Positions 16,755 through 26,105 of a DNA stretch of 32,000 nucleotides are shown piece after piece. The translations under genes were made by a program, and so were the position numbers. Every line of letters starts with the position of its first letter. The first letter of the stretch is position 1. Below the pieces are notes generated by a model, which did no database searches, was not told the DNA's origin, and worked only from the letters and a program-made list of their open reading frames with translations. This DNA comes from Methanocaldococcus jannaschii DSM 2661. GTDB lineage: Archaea; AGJL01; Methanococci; Methanococcales; Methanocaldococcaceae. The stretch is from contig NC_000909.1 of the NCBI RefSeq assembly GCF_000091665.1, forward strand, positions 1 to 32,000, written 5' to 3'.

Positions 16755-17457
16755 GAGACTGTCAAGTTAAGTTTTTATCAAAATATTGATAAAAAATAAT
16801 AAAATATGAGGCTCACAATAGAAGTTATAAAGGAGAAAATCGTAGAGAGGAAGCTTTTTAAAAGGAATAGGAAATCGATAGAGGTTAAAATCTTAGCAGG
16901 GCTTTTGTATTACCTCGGATTATCGTTAAGGAAGGTAAGTTTATTCCTTTCCCAATTCGAAGACATAAGCCACGAATCGGTTAGAATTTATTATCACAAG
17001 ATTAAAGAAGTTTTAAACGAGCCAGAAAGAAAGGAAAGAAACTTAATTGCAATCGATGAGATTAAACTAAAGGTTGGAGACAAATATATTTATGCATGGT
17101 CTGCCATCGATGTAGAAACGAAAGAATGCTTAGGAGTTTATATATCGAAGACAAGAAATTACCTCGATACTATATTATTCGTTAAGAGTATATTAAAATT
17201 TTGCTCGAATAAGCCAAAGATTTTAGTTGACGGTGGAAAGTGGTATCCGTGGGCGTTGCGAAAATTAGGCTTAGAATTCGAAAAAGTTAAATTCGGACTA
17301 AGAAATTGTGTAGAAAGCTTCTTCTCAGTGCTTAAACGAAGAACAAAAGCATTCTTTAATAGGTTTCCTAATAATAGTAAATTCGATACAGTTATTAGCT
17401 GGATTAAAAGCTTCATGATGTTCTACAATTGGGTAAAATCATTAACTTGACAGTCTC
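16755..17457 (+). mobile_element. Intact IS6-family insertion sequence (703 bp) with perfect 16-bp terminal inverted repeats
   Basis: IRL is gagactgtcaagttaa (16755-16770). IRR is ttaacttgacagtctc (17442-17457), its exact reverse complement. A single transposase ORF fills the element. Confidence 0.9.
16806..17450 (+). CDS. IS6-family DDE transposase
   Basis: 214 aa. The DDE pattern is '[10 protein letters not shown]...[14 protein letters not shown]...' then '[11 protein letters not shown]' then '[15 protein letters not shown]'. The ORF ends inside IRR, as is usual for IS6. Confidence 0.85.
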   Translation: MRLTIEVIKEKIVERKLFKRNRKSIEVKILAGLLYYLGLSLRKVSLFLSQFEDISHESVRIYYHKIKEVLNEPERKERNLIAIDEIKLKVGDKYIYAWSAIDVETKECLGVYISKTRNYLDTILFVKSILKFCSNKPKILVDGGKWYPWALRKLGLEFEKVKFGLRNCVESFFSVLKRRTKAFFNRFPNNSKFDTVISWIKSFMMFYNWVKSLT

Positions 17458-17657
17458 GAAAGATAATAAAAATTTTATATTTAATAAAACTAATATATAG
17501 ATAATATATAGATATAAATTAAGTTAATATATTTAAAAATATTTAAAAAACTTAATAATAATATTTATCTAAATATTTATATATTATTTGGAAAGAAAAA
17601 AGCATATATAACTATTAACTTTTAAAATTTGATATATGGGTAATTAGGTGGTGTATA

Positions 17658-19232
17658 ATGATTTTCAAAAAAAGAAAAGGGCAACTCACATTAGAATTCA
17701 TTTTATTAATTTTAGGTATGACAGTTGTTGGAATTGTTATTACTATGGGATTAGTAGAAAAAAGTCCAATATTTATTGGAGATAAACCATTAGAAGTTAA
17801 AAAAGAAACTATGGGATTGTTCATAAATGAATCGAAATTTAATTTAACAGTTGAAAATACTACAATATCAAATTTAGGTAATAATAATACAGAATCGAAC
17901 AACTCAAATAATGAAACTGGTGGAGGGTATCTTTATATAAGAGTTTCAGGAAGTTCAAAAGGTCTAATAACGAAAGATTTAATAGTATCTGGAGATGCTA
18001 AAGATGTTTCTGGAGACATTTCTAAAACTATAAATAGTAAATGTGTTGAAGAAAATGCTATTGGAGAAGTTTATGGAGATATATATTTAGAAGGTAGTGC
18101 TAATTACAAATTAGGTAATTTATTATGTATAAATAAATTCCAGACATATTTAACTGGTAGCGGAAGCTTAAAAGTATATGTTCCGTATATACAGGAATTC
18201 ATAATAAGGGACAAAAATAGCGGAGAATCTCAAATTGGAGGAAGTGTTTCACTTACTGTGGGTAATACAAATATTAATAGATTTTATGTTGAAAAGATAA
18301 CTGGAGGAGCTAAAGTAAAATTTAAGGACTTTGCTATAAATACATTTGAAACTAATAGTGGTAACTTTGGAGGAGGGGCAGAGACAGTATTTGAAAATGG
18401 ACGAATATCTACAATGAAATTAGGGGATATTGTAAGTGGAGGAAATGTAAAGTTTAAAAACGTAAATATTGGAAATATGATAATAAACAATATGATAGGA
18501 AGCCCAACATTTGAGCTTTCAAATTCAACAATAAACAATATGAAAATAAATAAATTAATTGGCAGCCCAAAAATATTAGTAGAGGATAGTTCAATTATAA
18601 ATTCCTTAGAAACAGACCAATTAGGTGGAAGTGACATTGAAGTTAAAGATGGAAGTATAATAAAAGAAATTACAATACACGGTTCTACCGGAACAAACGG
18701 GAAGATATTTGTTGGATATGGGGGCAAAGTTGAAAAGTTGTTTGTAGAAGGCAATATCAATTCAAGAATTGATCTTAAAGGATTTAGTGGGCTTATAGAT
18801 GTTAGTATTGGAAATATTGCTGGCGGAGGAAAATTATATGTTGATAATGTAATTGGAAATTCAATATCAACAGGAATTATTGGGAACAATAAGGGATTAG
18901 AAATTGAAGATTCAAGTTTGTCAGTTGTGAATATTGAAGGTGTATCAAATTCTGGAAGTGCATTTATTAAAAATACCCTCATATATCAGTTAAAGATTAA
19001 TTCATTACCTGATTGGGGTTCAGATATGACGCTTAATAAAGTTAATATAACAAAATTATCTATTAATGAAATTAGAAATGGAAAACTTACTATTAAAAAT
19101 TCAGAAATTGGTGAGTTGCATATTACTAAAATTTCAGGAAAAGGAAAAATAATTGTAAAAAAGTCTTATGTAAATGGAAAATACTATAAGAAGTTAGTAA
19201 TCAAAAAGAGTAATTATAAGAAATGGAGTTAA
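17658..19232 (+). CDS. Large secreted protein with a class III (archaeal type IV pilin-like) signal peptide and a repeat-rich, beta-helix-like body
   Basis: The N-terminus is MIFKKRKG|QLTLEFILLILGMTVVGIVITMGLV: a basic stretch, Gly at -1, Gln at +1, and a hydrophobic helix. The rest holds dozens of degenerate ~15-20-aa units rich in I/V-x-G-x-(I/V) (e.g. KITGGAKVKFKDFAINTF, GDIVSGGNVKFKNVNIGNMIINNMIGS). Confidence 0.8.
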   Translation: MIFKKRKGQLTLEFILLILGMTVVGIVITMGLVEKSPIFIGDKPLEVKKETMGLFINESKFNLTVENTTISNLGNNNTESNNSNNETGGGYLYIRVSGSSKGLITKDLIVSGDAKDVSGDISKTINSKCVEENAIGEVYGDIYLEGSANYKLGNLLCINKFQTYLTGSGSLKVYVPYIQEFIIRDKNSGESQIGGSVSLTVGNTNINRFYVEKITGGAKVKFKDFAINTFETNSGNFGGGAETVFENGRISTMKLGDIVSGGNVKFKNVNIGNMIINNMIGSPTFELSNSTINNMKINKLIGSPKILVEDSSIINSLETDQLGGSDIEVKDGSIIKEITIHGSTGTNGKIFVGYGGKVEKLFVEGNINSRIDLKGFSGLIDVSIGNIAGGGKLYVDNVIGNSISTGIIGNNKGLEIEDSSLSVVNIEGVSNSGSAFIKNTLIYQLKINSLPDWGSDMTLNKVNITKLSINEIRNGKLTIKNSEIGELHITKISGKGKIIVKKSYVNGKYYKKLVIKKSNYKKWS

Positions 19233-21121
19233 ATCTCCTTTAACTTTTTTCTCAATATATCATTAACTAACTTTCCATCCGCTTTTCCTCTTAGCTTTGC
19301 CATACATCTACCCATTAAAAATCCATAGGCCTTTTCTCCTTTTTCTTTAACCACATTTAAATGTTCTTTAATTATGCCCTCAATAATCTTTTCAACTTCT
19401 TCCTTAGATAATCCTTTTAATCCTTTAATTTCTAAAATCTCATCTATACTTTTATCTGGAAACTCACAAAAGCCTTTTAAAACCTCAACAATTCCCTCTT
19501 TAGCTATCTTACCTTCAGATAGAGCTTTAAAGGTCTCTTCTAAATGTCTATCCTCCAACTTATCAATATCATATCCTTCTCTTTTAATCTCCTTCAATGT
19601 CCCTTCTAAGGTTGTAGCAATTAAAACCGGCTTAACATTCTTAAATTTCTTACATAGATCTTCAAATAAATCAACGTAATAACTTAAAACCATCTTTTTA
19701 GCTAATTCATCATTTAATTTATATTCTTTCTTAAACCTCTCAAACTTCTCCTCTGGAAGTTCTGGCAGATTAGCTCTAATCTCCTCAATAAACTCCTTCT
19801 TTATAATTATTGGTGGGATATCGGTTTCAGGATACATTCTTGCGGCTCCAGGTAGCGGTCTTAGATATGCAGTATTTCCATCCTCTAAAGCCCTTCTTGT
19901 TTCCTCTGGAACTCCTATTAATGCCTCTTTAGCCCTCTCTATTACAGCCTCTAACGCCCTATCTACCTTGCTTTCCTCATCTGCAACAATAATTACAGCA
20001 TCATTTTCTTCTGCATTAACAAACTCTTTAAGTTTTTTAACTTCCTCCTCTGTAATACCATATTTTGGCAACTCATCAGTGTGGAAAAGCCCTCCAACGC
20101 CAGCTATAACCTTGGCCCTATCTGAAAATTCAGTTCCTAATCTTCTTCCTGGCTGAATCTCTTTTCCAACTAAACCAGCAAATCCTTTTAATAAAACTGC
20201 CTTAACCTTTCCATTCTTTTTCTTTAAAGCATTTTGTATAATTTTTGATTTACAGTCTTTAAATATCTCTGTAACATCAAATATCTTCTCAACAACCTCT
20301 GCATTTCTTTCTCTTAATTCATCTCTAATCTTTAATAAGTTTAGTTGCCTTATAACTTCATTCTCTACAACCTTTTCAATTAAATCTAAGTCTTGAACTC
20401 CCTTAACCTCTATTCTTGCTCCATCTTTAATTGATATGTTTATATCCTGCCTTATAGTCCCTAAACCTCTCTTAACCTTTCCAGTGGCTCTTAATATCTC
20501 TCCAATTCTTCTTGCTGCCTCTTTAGCCATCTTTGGAGTCTTTATGTCGGGAGCTGTTGAAATCTCAACCAATGGAATTCCCAACCTATCTAAGTTATAA
20601 ACAACTGCATCCCCTCTATCTTCTATCTTTCTTGCAGCATCTTCCTCTAAACATAAGCTTGTTATTCCTACTTTTCCCTCAGATGTTTCTATATATCCAT
20701 CTCTTGCTAAAAATATGGTTCTTTGAAATCCAGAAGTGTTTGAACCGTCAATAACTATCTTTCTCATTGTGTATGCAACATCAACCACGTTCATATTCAT
20801 CAATAAAGCAACCTCTAACGCTATCCTTAAAGCCTCTTCACTTGGTGGATGTGGAGGTTCTTCATCCAACTCAACCAAACATGTTGTGTCATTATAAAAT
20901 TGATAAATGAATTTCTTCCCTTTCCTTGCCTCTATTAAAGCAGCTCTATCAACTTCTCCCATTTCACTTAATGAAGGTCTTAAAACTCTAACAATCTCTC
21001 CATCTGGTTCATCATCTCTTAAAATTGTTGGACAGTGGCAGAATAACTTTCTCTTTGTATTTAACTGTTGATGAATTTCTAACCCAACCTTTAAACCAAC
21101 TTTTTCATAGTTAATCTCCAT
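19229..21121 (-). CDS. gatE: Glutamyl-tRNA(Gln) amidotransferase subunit E
   Basis: 630 aa. The GatB/E N-terminal core is 'GLEIHQQL...KLFCHCP'. An insertion domain and a C-terminal YqeY-like tail follow. It sits next to gatD. Confidence 0.93.
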   Translation of the reverse strand: MEINYEKVGLKVGLEIHQQLNTKRKLFCHCPTILRDDEPDGEIVRVLRPSLSEMGEVDRAALIEARKGKKFIYQFYNDTTCLVELDEEPPHPPSEEALRIALEVALLMNMNVVDVAYTMRKIVIDGSNTSGFQRTIFLARDGYIETSEGKVGITSLCLEEDAARKIEDRGDAVVYNLDRLGIPLVEISTAPDIKTPKMAKEAARRIGEILRATGKVKRGLGTIRQDINISIKDGARIEVKGVQDLDLIEKVVENEVIRQLNLLKIRDELRERNAEVVEKIFDVTEIFKDCKSKIIQNALKKKNGKVKAVLLKGFAGLVGKEIQPGRRLGTEFSDRAKVIAGVGGLFHTDELPKYGITEEEVKKLKEFVNAEENDAVIIVADEESKVDRALEAVIERAKEALIGVPEETRRALEDGNTAYLRPLPGAARMYPETDIPPIIIKKEFIEEIRANLPELPEEKFERFKKEYKLNDELAKKMVLSYYVDLFEDLCKKFKNVKPVLIATTLEGTLKEIKREGYDIDKLEDRHLEETFKALSEGKIAKEGIVEVLKGFCEFPDKSIDEILEIKGLKGLSKEEVEKIIEGIIKEHLNVVKEKGEKAYGFLMGRCMAKLRGKADGKLVNDILRKKLKEI

Positions 21122-21147
21122 GTTATCACCAAATTAATTTGTTATTA

Positions 21148-22401
21148 TTAGTATGCATCAAATCTGCTCCTATATTCAATCTCCCCAACCAAATTCTTAT
21201 TAATTAATTTTTTAACTTCCTCTGGCTCATAATTTCCTAAGAGATACATTAATTTAACCAATGCAACTTCTGGAGGCATATCTTCACAACCAATAACTCC
21301 TAATTTTTGTAATTCTCTTCCATTTGAATAGACGTTCATATTTACTCTTCCATTGATTGTTTGAGTAGTCATTACAACAACTACTCCTTTATCAGTTGCA
21401 TACTTTATGTGTTCAAATATATACTCTGGGGCATGACCTAAACCCGTCCCTTCTAAGACAATCCCTTTATACTCTTTATCAACATAGAATCTAATAATTT
21501 CCCCATCCATTCCAGGATATACTTTTATTAAAGCCACTTTTTCTTCTAAGTTTGTGTTTATCTCTACCTTTTTGCTGTTATCTGATTTTTCAACTTCCTG
21601 CAAATAGATGATTTCCTTTGTAAATGGGTTTATCTTAGCTACTGGAATTGAATTTATAGATTTAAATGCATCTCTTCTTGATGAATGGCATTTCCTAACT
21701 TTAACTCCCTTATGTAGATAGCAAAATGTATCTCCACTCTCCCCATGCATTACTACATAAACTCCTTTAATTGGTTCTCTTGCAGCTAAAACAGCACTTA
21801 TTAAGTTTAGAGCAGCATCTGATGAAGGTCTGTCACTACTTCTCTGAGCTCCAACCAAAATTATTGGGACATCAGCTTTAACCATAAATGAGAGAGCTGA
21901 AGCTGTATAGCTCATAGTGTCTGTTCCATGGGCAATAACAATTCCATCAGCTCCCTCTTCTATCTCTTTTTTTATCTCTTCAGCAATCTTTCTCCAATAC
22001 TCTGGTTTCATATTTTCGCTTAATATGTTCATTACAGCCCTTCCTTTTATGTTGGCAATGTCTAAAAGCTCTGGTACAGCCCTAATTAAATCATCTGCTG
22101 TAAAAGAAGGATGAACAGCTCCTGTTTTATAATCAACCTTTGAAGCTACTGTCCCTCCAGTGGATAAAATAGAGATTGTTTTTAATTTTTCATTTTTTTC
22201 AATGTTTAATGGAGGTAGTTCATACTTTGGCTTTTCTCCTTTAGCAATAATCTCAATATTTTTTACATTTTCTTTTAATATTCCAACGTTATAACCGTTT
22301 TTCATCTTTATTGTAATGATATTTTCGTTAGTTGATGGCAATAAGATACCTTCAAAAATCCCTTTGTCTGTCTCTACCCTTATAACATCTCCAACATTCA
22401 T
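21148..22401 (-). CDS. gatD: Glutamyl-tRNA(Gln) amidotransferase subunit D (asparaginase-like)
   Basis: 417 aa with the type I asparaginase motifs 'STGGTVAS' and 'HGTDTM', upstream of gatE. Confidence 0.93.
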
Positions 22402-22524
22402 CGTTCCACCTTAAAAACTGATTCTTAGAGATTGTTATAGATTAGGGTATAAAAATTATAAAAAGATAGCTATCATATAAATTTTTATATTTAAATATAT
22501 AAATTAATATTTGCAAAATAAAAA

Positions 22525-22584
22525 GTGGCGTCAGTTCGCCCATCAATCATCATAGCTCAGCAGCTACTCCGTTCATCATCCGCC
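22525..22584 (-). ncRNA. C/D-box sRNA (2'-O-methylation guide)
   Basis: The minus strand reads GGCGG-AUGAUGA(C)-ACGGAGUAGCUG-CUGA(D')-GCUA-UGAUGA(C')-UUGAUGGGCGAA-CUGA(D)-CGCCAC. Both guides are 12 nt, and the terminal stem is GGCG/CGCC. Confidence 0.85.
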
Positions 22585-22761
22585 ATAAATATATTAAGTA
22601 GCTTTAAGTATATATACTTACCTCAATAGGACTTCGCAGGAATAAAATCTTTAAAGGAAAGTTTAACAGGTTGAATGCAATTTAAATATATTAAGGAACT
22701 TTGAAGCTTTTGGCTTCATCTATCCAATAATAAATTACTATTCAATATTTACGGTGAAAAC

Positions 22762-23889
22762 ATGAATGTTGAAGAGATTGAAAAATATTTGGAAGAAAAT
22801 TTTGATAAATTGCCAGAGGGATGTAAGCAGTGTGTTAAAGGGGGAAAATTAGTTTTATTCATCACAGGAATTTGTAATAACAACTGCTACTACTGTCCTT
22901 TATCTGAAAAGAGAAAGAATAAAGATGTAATATATGCCAATGAGAGGTTAATAACTACCGTTGAAGAGGCTATAGAAGAGGCAAAGCTCTGCAGTAGTAA
23001 GGGAGTAGGAATAACAGGAGGTAATCCTTTATTAAAAATAAATAGAACTGTAAAATTCTTAAAAGCACTAAAAAAAGAGTTTGATGAATTTCATGCTCAT
23101 CTATATACAACTCCGGAAACAGTAAATGAAGAGAACTTAAAACTTCTAAAAGAGGCAGATTTAGATGAGATAAGGCTACATCCAACAAAAATATTCAATG
23201 AAGGATATGATGAAGAATATATAAAGTTTTTATGTAATAAATTGAACTTATGCAACAAATACATTGAAGATGTTGGGGTTGAAATTCCAGCAATCCCAAA
23301 TATGGAAAATGAAATTTTAAAGTTAGCTGAGGCAATTGATGGAATAGCCAAATTTATGAATATCAATGAGCTTGAGTTTTCTGAGGAAAATTATCATGAA
23401 TTAGAGAAGAGAGGTTTTATGCCAAAGGATGATGTAAGTAATGCAATTGCTGGCAGTGAAGAAACAGCTTTAAAAGTTATAAAAGAATTTAAAGGTGATT
23501 TATTCATTAACTACTGCCCATCAGTTTTAAAAGATGCCATACAGATGAGAAATAGATTAATAAATAGAGCTAAGAATGTAGCTAAGCCTTATGAGGTTAT
23601 AACTGAAGATGGCTTACTATTGAGAGGCATTATGATTTTTGACAATGAGGATGATTTAAAGGAAATGGCTGAGATTTTGGAAGAGAATGAGATAGAGTTT
23701 GAAATTATTGATAAAAATATATGCTTAAATCCATTTATATTAGAGGATATTATTGAAGAGATGAAAAGGCAGAGGTTTCCTATAACATTCTCAGCTTATA
23801 TCTCAGAACTCTACCCTACAGCTGATGCTTTAGAAGTAGAGAGAATCCCATTAATAACTAAAAAACTAAAGTTTAGGAGAAGAAGATAG
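22762..23889 (+). CDS. Radical SAM protein (activating-enzyme-like)
   Basis: 375 aa with the CxxxCxxC motif 'GICNNNCYYCPLS' near the N-terminus. Confidence 0.85.
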   Translation: MNVEEIEKYLEENFDKLPEGCKQCVKGGKLVLFITGICNNNCYYCPLSEKRKNKDVIYANERLITTVEEAIEEAKLCSSKGVGITGGNPLLKINRTVKFLKALKKEFDEFHAHLYTTPETVNEENLKLLKEADLDEIRLHPTKIFNEGYDEEYIKFLCNKLNLCNKYIEDVGVEIPAIPNMENEILKLAEAIDGIAKFMNINELEFSEENYHELEKRGFMPKDDVSNAIAGSEETALKVIKEFKGDLFINYCPSVLKDAIQMRNRLINRAKNVAKPYEVITEDGLLLRGIMIFDNEDDLKEMAEILEENEIEFEIIDKNICLNPFILEDIIEEMKRQRFPITFSAYISELYPTADALEVERIPLITKKLKFRRRR

Positions 23890-23983
23890 TTTTTTGCAAA
23901 AGTTATTAAAATTACTAAGGTTATTTGAACGCCAAAGGCGTTCATTTCTTCATTAATACTCAAAATGTTTTGCAAAAAACTAT
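23886..23983. repeat. 98-bp palindromic intergenic element: perfect 16-bp outer inverted repeat plus a central GC hairpin
   Basis: The outer arms are atagttttttgcaaaa (23886-23901) and ttttgcaaaaaactat (23968-23983). The central hairpin is tgaacgcc-aaa-ggcgttca (23926-23944). The left arm contains the upstream gene's TAG stop. Confidence 0.75.
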
Positions 23984-24002
23984 AAAAAGATAATGGGAGA
24001 TT

Positions 24003-25091
24003 ATGATTTATGATTTCAGGAAAAAATCAAAATTTGGCTACACTACTGGCTCATGTGCTGCTGCTGGGGCTTATTCTGCATTATATTATTTAAAATTTGG
24101 AAAAAAACTTAGTTATGTTGAGATTGAGAATTTAAATGGTGATAAATTAATTATTCCAATAGAAAAAATTGAAAAATGTGGAAATAAAGCTAAAGCAGTG
24201 GTTATTAAAGATGCTGGAGGGGATATAGATATAACAAACGGAATTGAAATTATTACTGAAGTGGAGTTAAAAAAAGGAAAAAAGGATGTTATTATCAAAG
24301 GTGGAGAAGGGGTTGGAATAGTTACAAAGAATGGCTTGCAGGTAAAGAAAGGAGAGCCAGCTATAAATCCAAAACCAAGAGAGATGATTAGAAACAACCT
24401 TTTAAAATTGTTAAATGATGATGAAGTTGTAGAGGTAACAATCTCTATCCCAAAAGGAAAAGAACTTGCTAAAAAAACACTAAATCCAAAACTTGGAATT
24501 GTTGGTGGATTATCTATATTGGGAACAACTGGAATTGTTAGACCAATGTCAAATGAAGCATATATGAACTCTTTAGCTCCACAAATAGATGTTGCATTAG
24601 CAAATGGCTATAAGAGATTAATTTTTGTTCCTGGAAATATTGGAACTAAATATGCTAAACAACTTTTAAATGCTAATGATGATGAGATTATTGAGGTTTC
24701 AAACTTTTGGGGATTTATGCTTGATAAAGCTAAAGAAAAAGGTGTTGAGGAGATTTTAATCTTTGGACATGCTGGAAAAATAATTAAGTTGGCGGGGGGG
24801 ATATATAATACTCATTCAAAGGTAGCTGATTGTAGAAATGAGATATTAGCAGCTTATTCGTCTCTATTTATTGATGACAAAGAGGCGATAAAAAAAATTT
24901 TATATTCAAATACAACAGAGGAAGTTATTAAAATTTTAGAGGAAAAAGGAGTTTTAAATGATGTGTTCAATTTTATAGCTAAAAGAGTTGTTGAAAGGTT
25001 AAGTGAAAGATGGAAGGGTATAAAATTCAGCTGTATAATTATAAATATGAAAGGGGAGGTTTTAGGAAGTTATATATGGAATAAAAAATAA
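24003..25091 (+). CDS. cbiD: Cobalt-precorrin-5B (C1)-methyltransferase
   Basis: 362 aa with a full-length CbiD profile (N-terminal 'GYTTGSCAAAGA', 'GTTGIVRPMS'). Confidence 0.9.
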   Translation: MIYDFRKKSKFGYTTGSCAAAGAYSALYYLKFGKKLSYVEIENLNGDKLIIPIEKIEKCGNKAKAVVIKDAGGDIDITNGIEIITEVELKKGKKDVIIKGGEGVGIVTKNGLQVKKGEPAINPKPREMIRNNLLKLLNDDEVVEVTISIPKGKELAKKTLNPKLGIVGGLSILGTTGIVRPMSNEAYMNSLAPQIDVALANGYKRLIFVPGNIGTKYAKQLLNANDDEIIEVSNFWGFMLDKAKEKGVEEILIFGHAGKIIKLAGGIYNTHSKVADCRNEILAAYSSLFIDDKEAIKKILYSNTTEEVIKILEEKGVLNDVFNFIAKRVVERLSERWKGIKFSCIIINMKGEVLGSYIWNKK

Positions 25092-25283
25092 TTAAACATT
25101 AACAATGAACACAAAAAAGTAATCTTGAAGAATGTAGGGGTATTATGACAGTTGCCTATGCTAAGTTGTATGAGATTATTCATAAAAATGTTAAAGATAA
25201 AAGATTAATGAAATACTGAATACGGAAAAGAGGATAAATATGAGAAAAGCTAAGAGGCATCACCGAACATAGTGAGGTGAGTA

Positions 25284-25640
25284 ATGAAATCCATAAGGAT
25301 TTCATCTGATTATCGAGCGAAGCGAGATAATGCATCATGTTTTGATGAAACTTTTTTGAAAAGTTTCGCAGAGGAATTGTATAATGCAATTATTGAGATT
25401 ATCAAAGAAAATAAAACTATTATTAAAAATGAAGTTAGAGATGAGTTAAGGAACGAATTGGCTACAAAAGAAGATATTTTATTGGTAGAAGAAAGATTGG
25501 GGAAAAAAATTGAATTATTAAATCAAAAAATTGAAAGAGAAATAAAATTAGTTAGGAGGGATATGATAATAATTAATTTAGTTATAATTTTAGCTATGTA
25601 TGCTCCTGAGATTATTGGGAAACTTTTAATTTTTAGATAG
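25284..25640 (+). CDS. Hypothetical coiled-coil protein with a C-terminal membrane anchor
   Basis: 118 aa. An RBS gtgaggtga precedes the ATG. The central region has charged heptads (ELRNELATKEDILLVEERLGKKIELLNQKIEREIK), and the C-terminus is the hydrophobic helix IIINLVIILAMYAPEIIGKLLIF. Confidence 0.6.
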   Translation: MKSIRISSDYRAKRDNASCFDETFLKSFAEELYNAIIEIIKENKTIIKNEVRDELRNELATKEDILLVEERLGKKIELLNQKIEREIKLVRRDMIIINLVIILAMYAPEIIGKLLIFR

Positions 25641-25685
25641 AAAATATAATTATATTGTATATTTTATTTTTCATCCCTCTATGGC

Positions 25686-26105
25686 TCATAAATCAACTAT
25701 ATATCTAATCTTCCATCCATCTTCTTCTTGTTTAATTTCCATTTTATGATAGGTTACTGCTTTAACCTCCTCTTTTATATTATGTTTTTCTTTGTTTATC
25801 TTTTCTCCGTAAGCAGTACATTTTAACCTGTAGCCATTATCATTTTTTTCAATTTTTACATCGAAGTCATTAAAAACCAGATTTTCAACATCAGTATAAA
25901 AAAGTAACTCATTTAGAAAATTGTATAAGAGCTCTTCCAAATCTTCTCCTGTTATTTCAAACTCTATTTTTTCTTTTTTATCAACTTTATCAATATCTAC
26001 CATAATATTGTAAAGTCCCTTAGCTCCTTCTTTAAATGCCTCTTCTAAACTCTTTCCTTTTGCTTCAACACCCAAATCAGCAGTAGTTTCAAAATAATTA
26101 AACAT
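25686..26105 (-). CDS. Archease
   Basis: 139 aa. '[11 protein letters not shown]' at the N-terminus and '[11 protein letters not shown]' near the C-terminus are archease signatures. Confidence 0.9.

Noticed and set aside
17461-17657. AT-only region with tandem 'atatatagata' and 'aaaaatatttaaaaa' repeats as a possible replication origin or repeat element.
   Set aside because: There are no ORB-like or mini-ORB inverted repeats and no adjacent cdc6/orc1 gene. It looks like ordinary low-complexity promoter DNA for the downstream pilin-like gene.
18284-18982. 232-aa minus-strand ORF inside the pilin-like gene.
   Set aside because: It is the mirror image of the repeat-rich plus-strand gene. Its composition (P/F/I/S/L runs) is an artefact of reading G/N/I-rich repeats in antisense. 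The plus-strand ORF is more than twice as long and has a bona fide signal peptide.
25180-25389. 69-aa minus-strand ORF overlapping the start of the 25284-25640 gene.
   Set aside because: It has no RBS and a low-complexity, Leu/Ser-rich translation. It overlaps a plus-strand ORF that has a strong GTGAGGTGA RBS.
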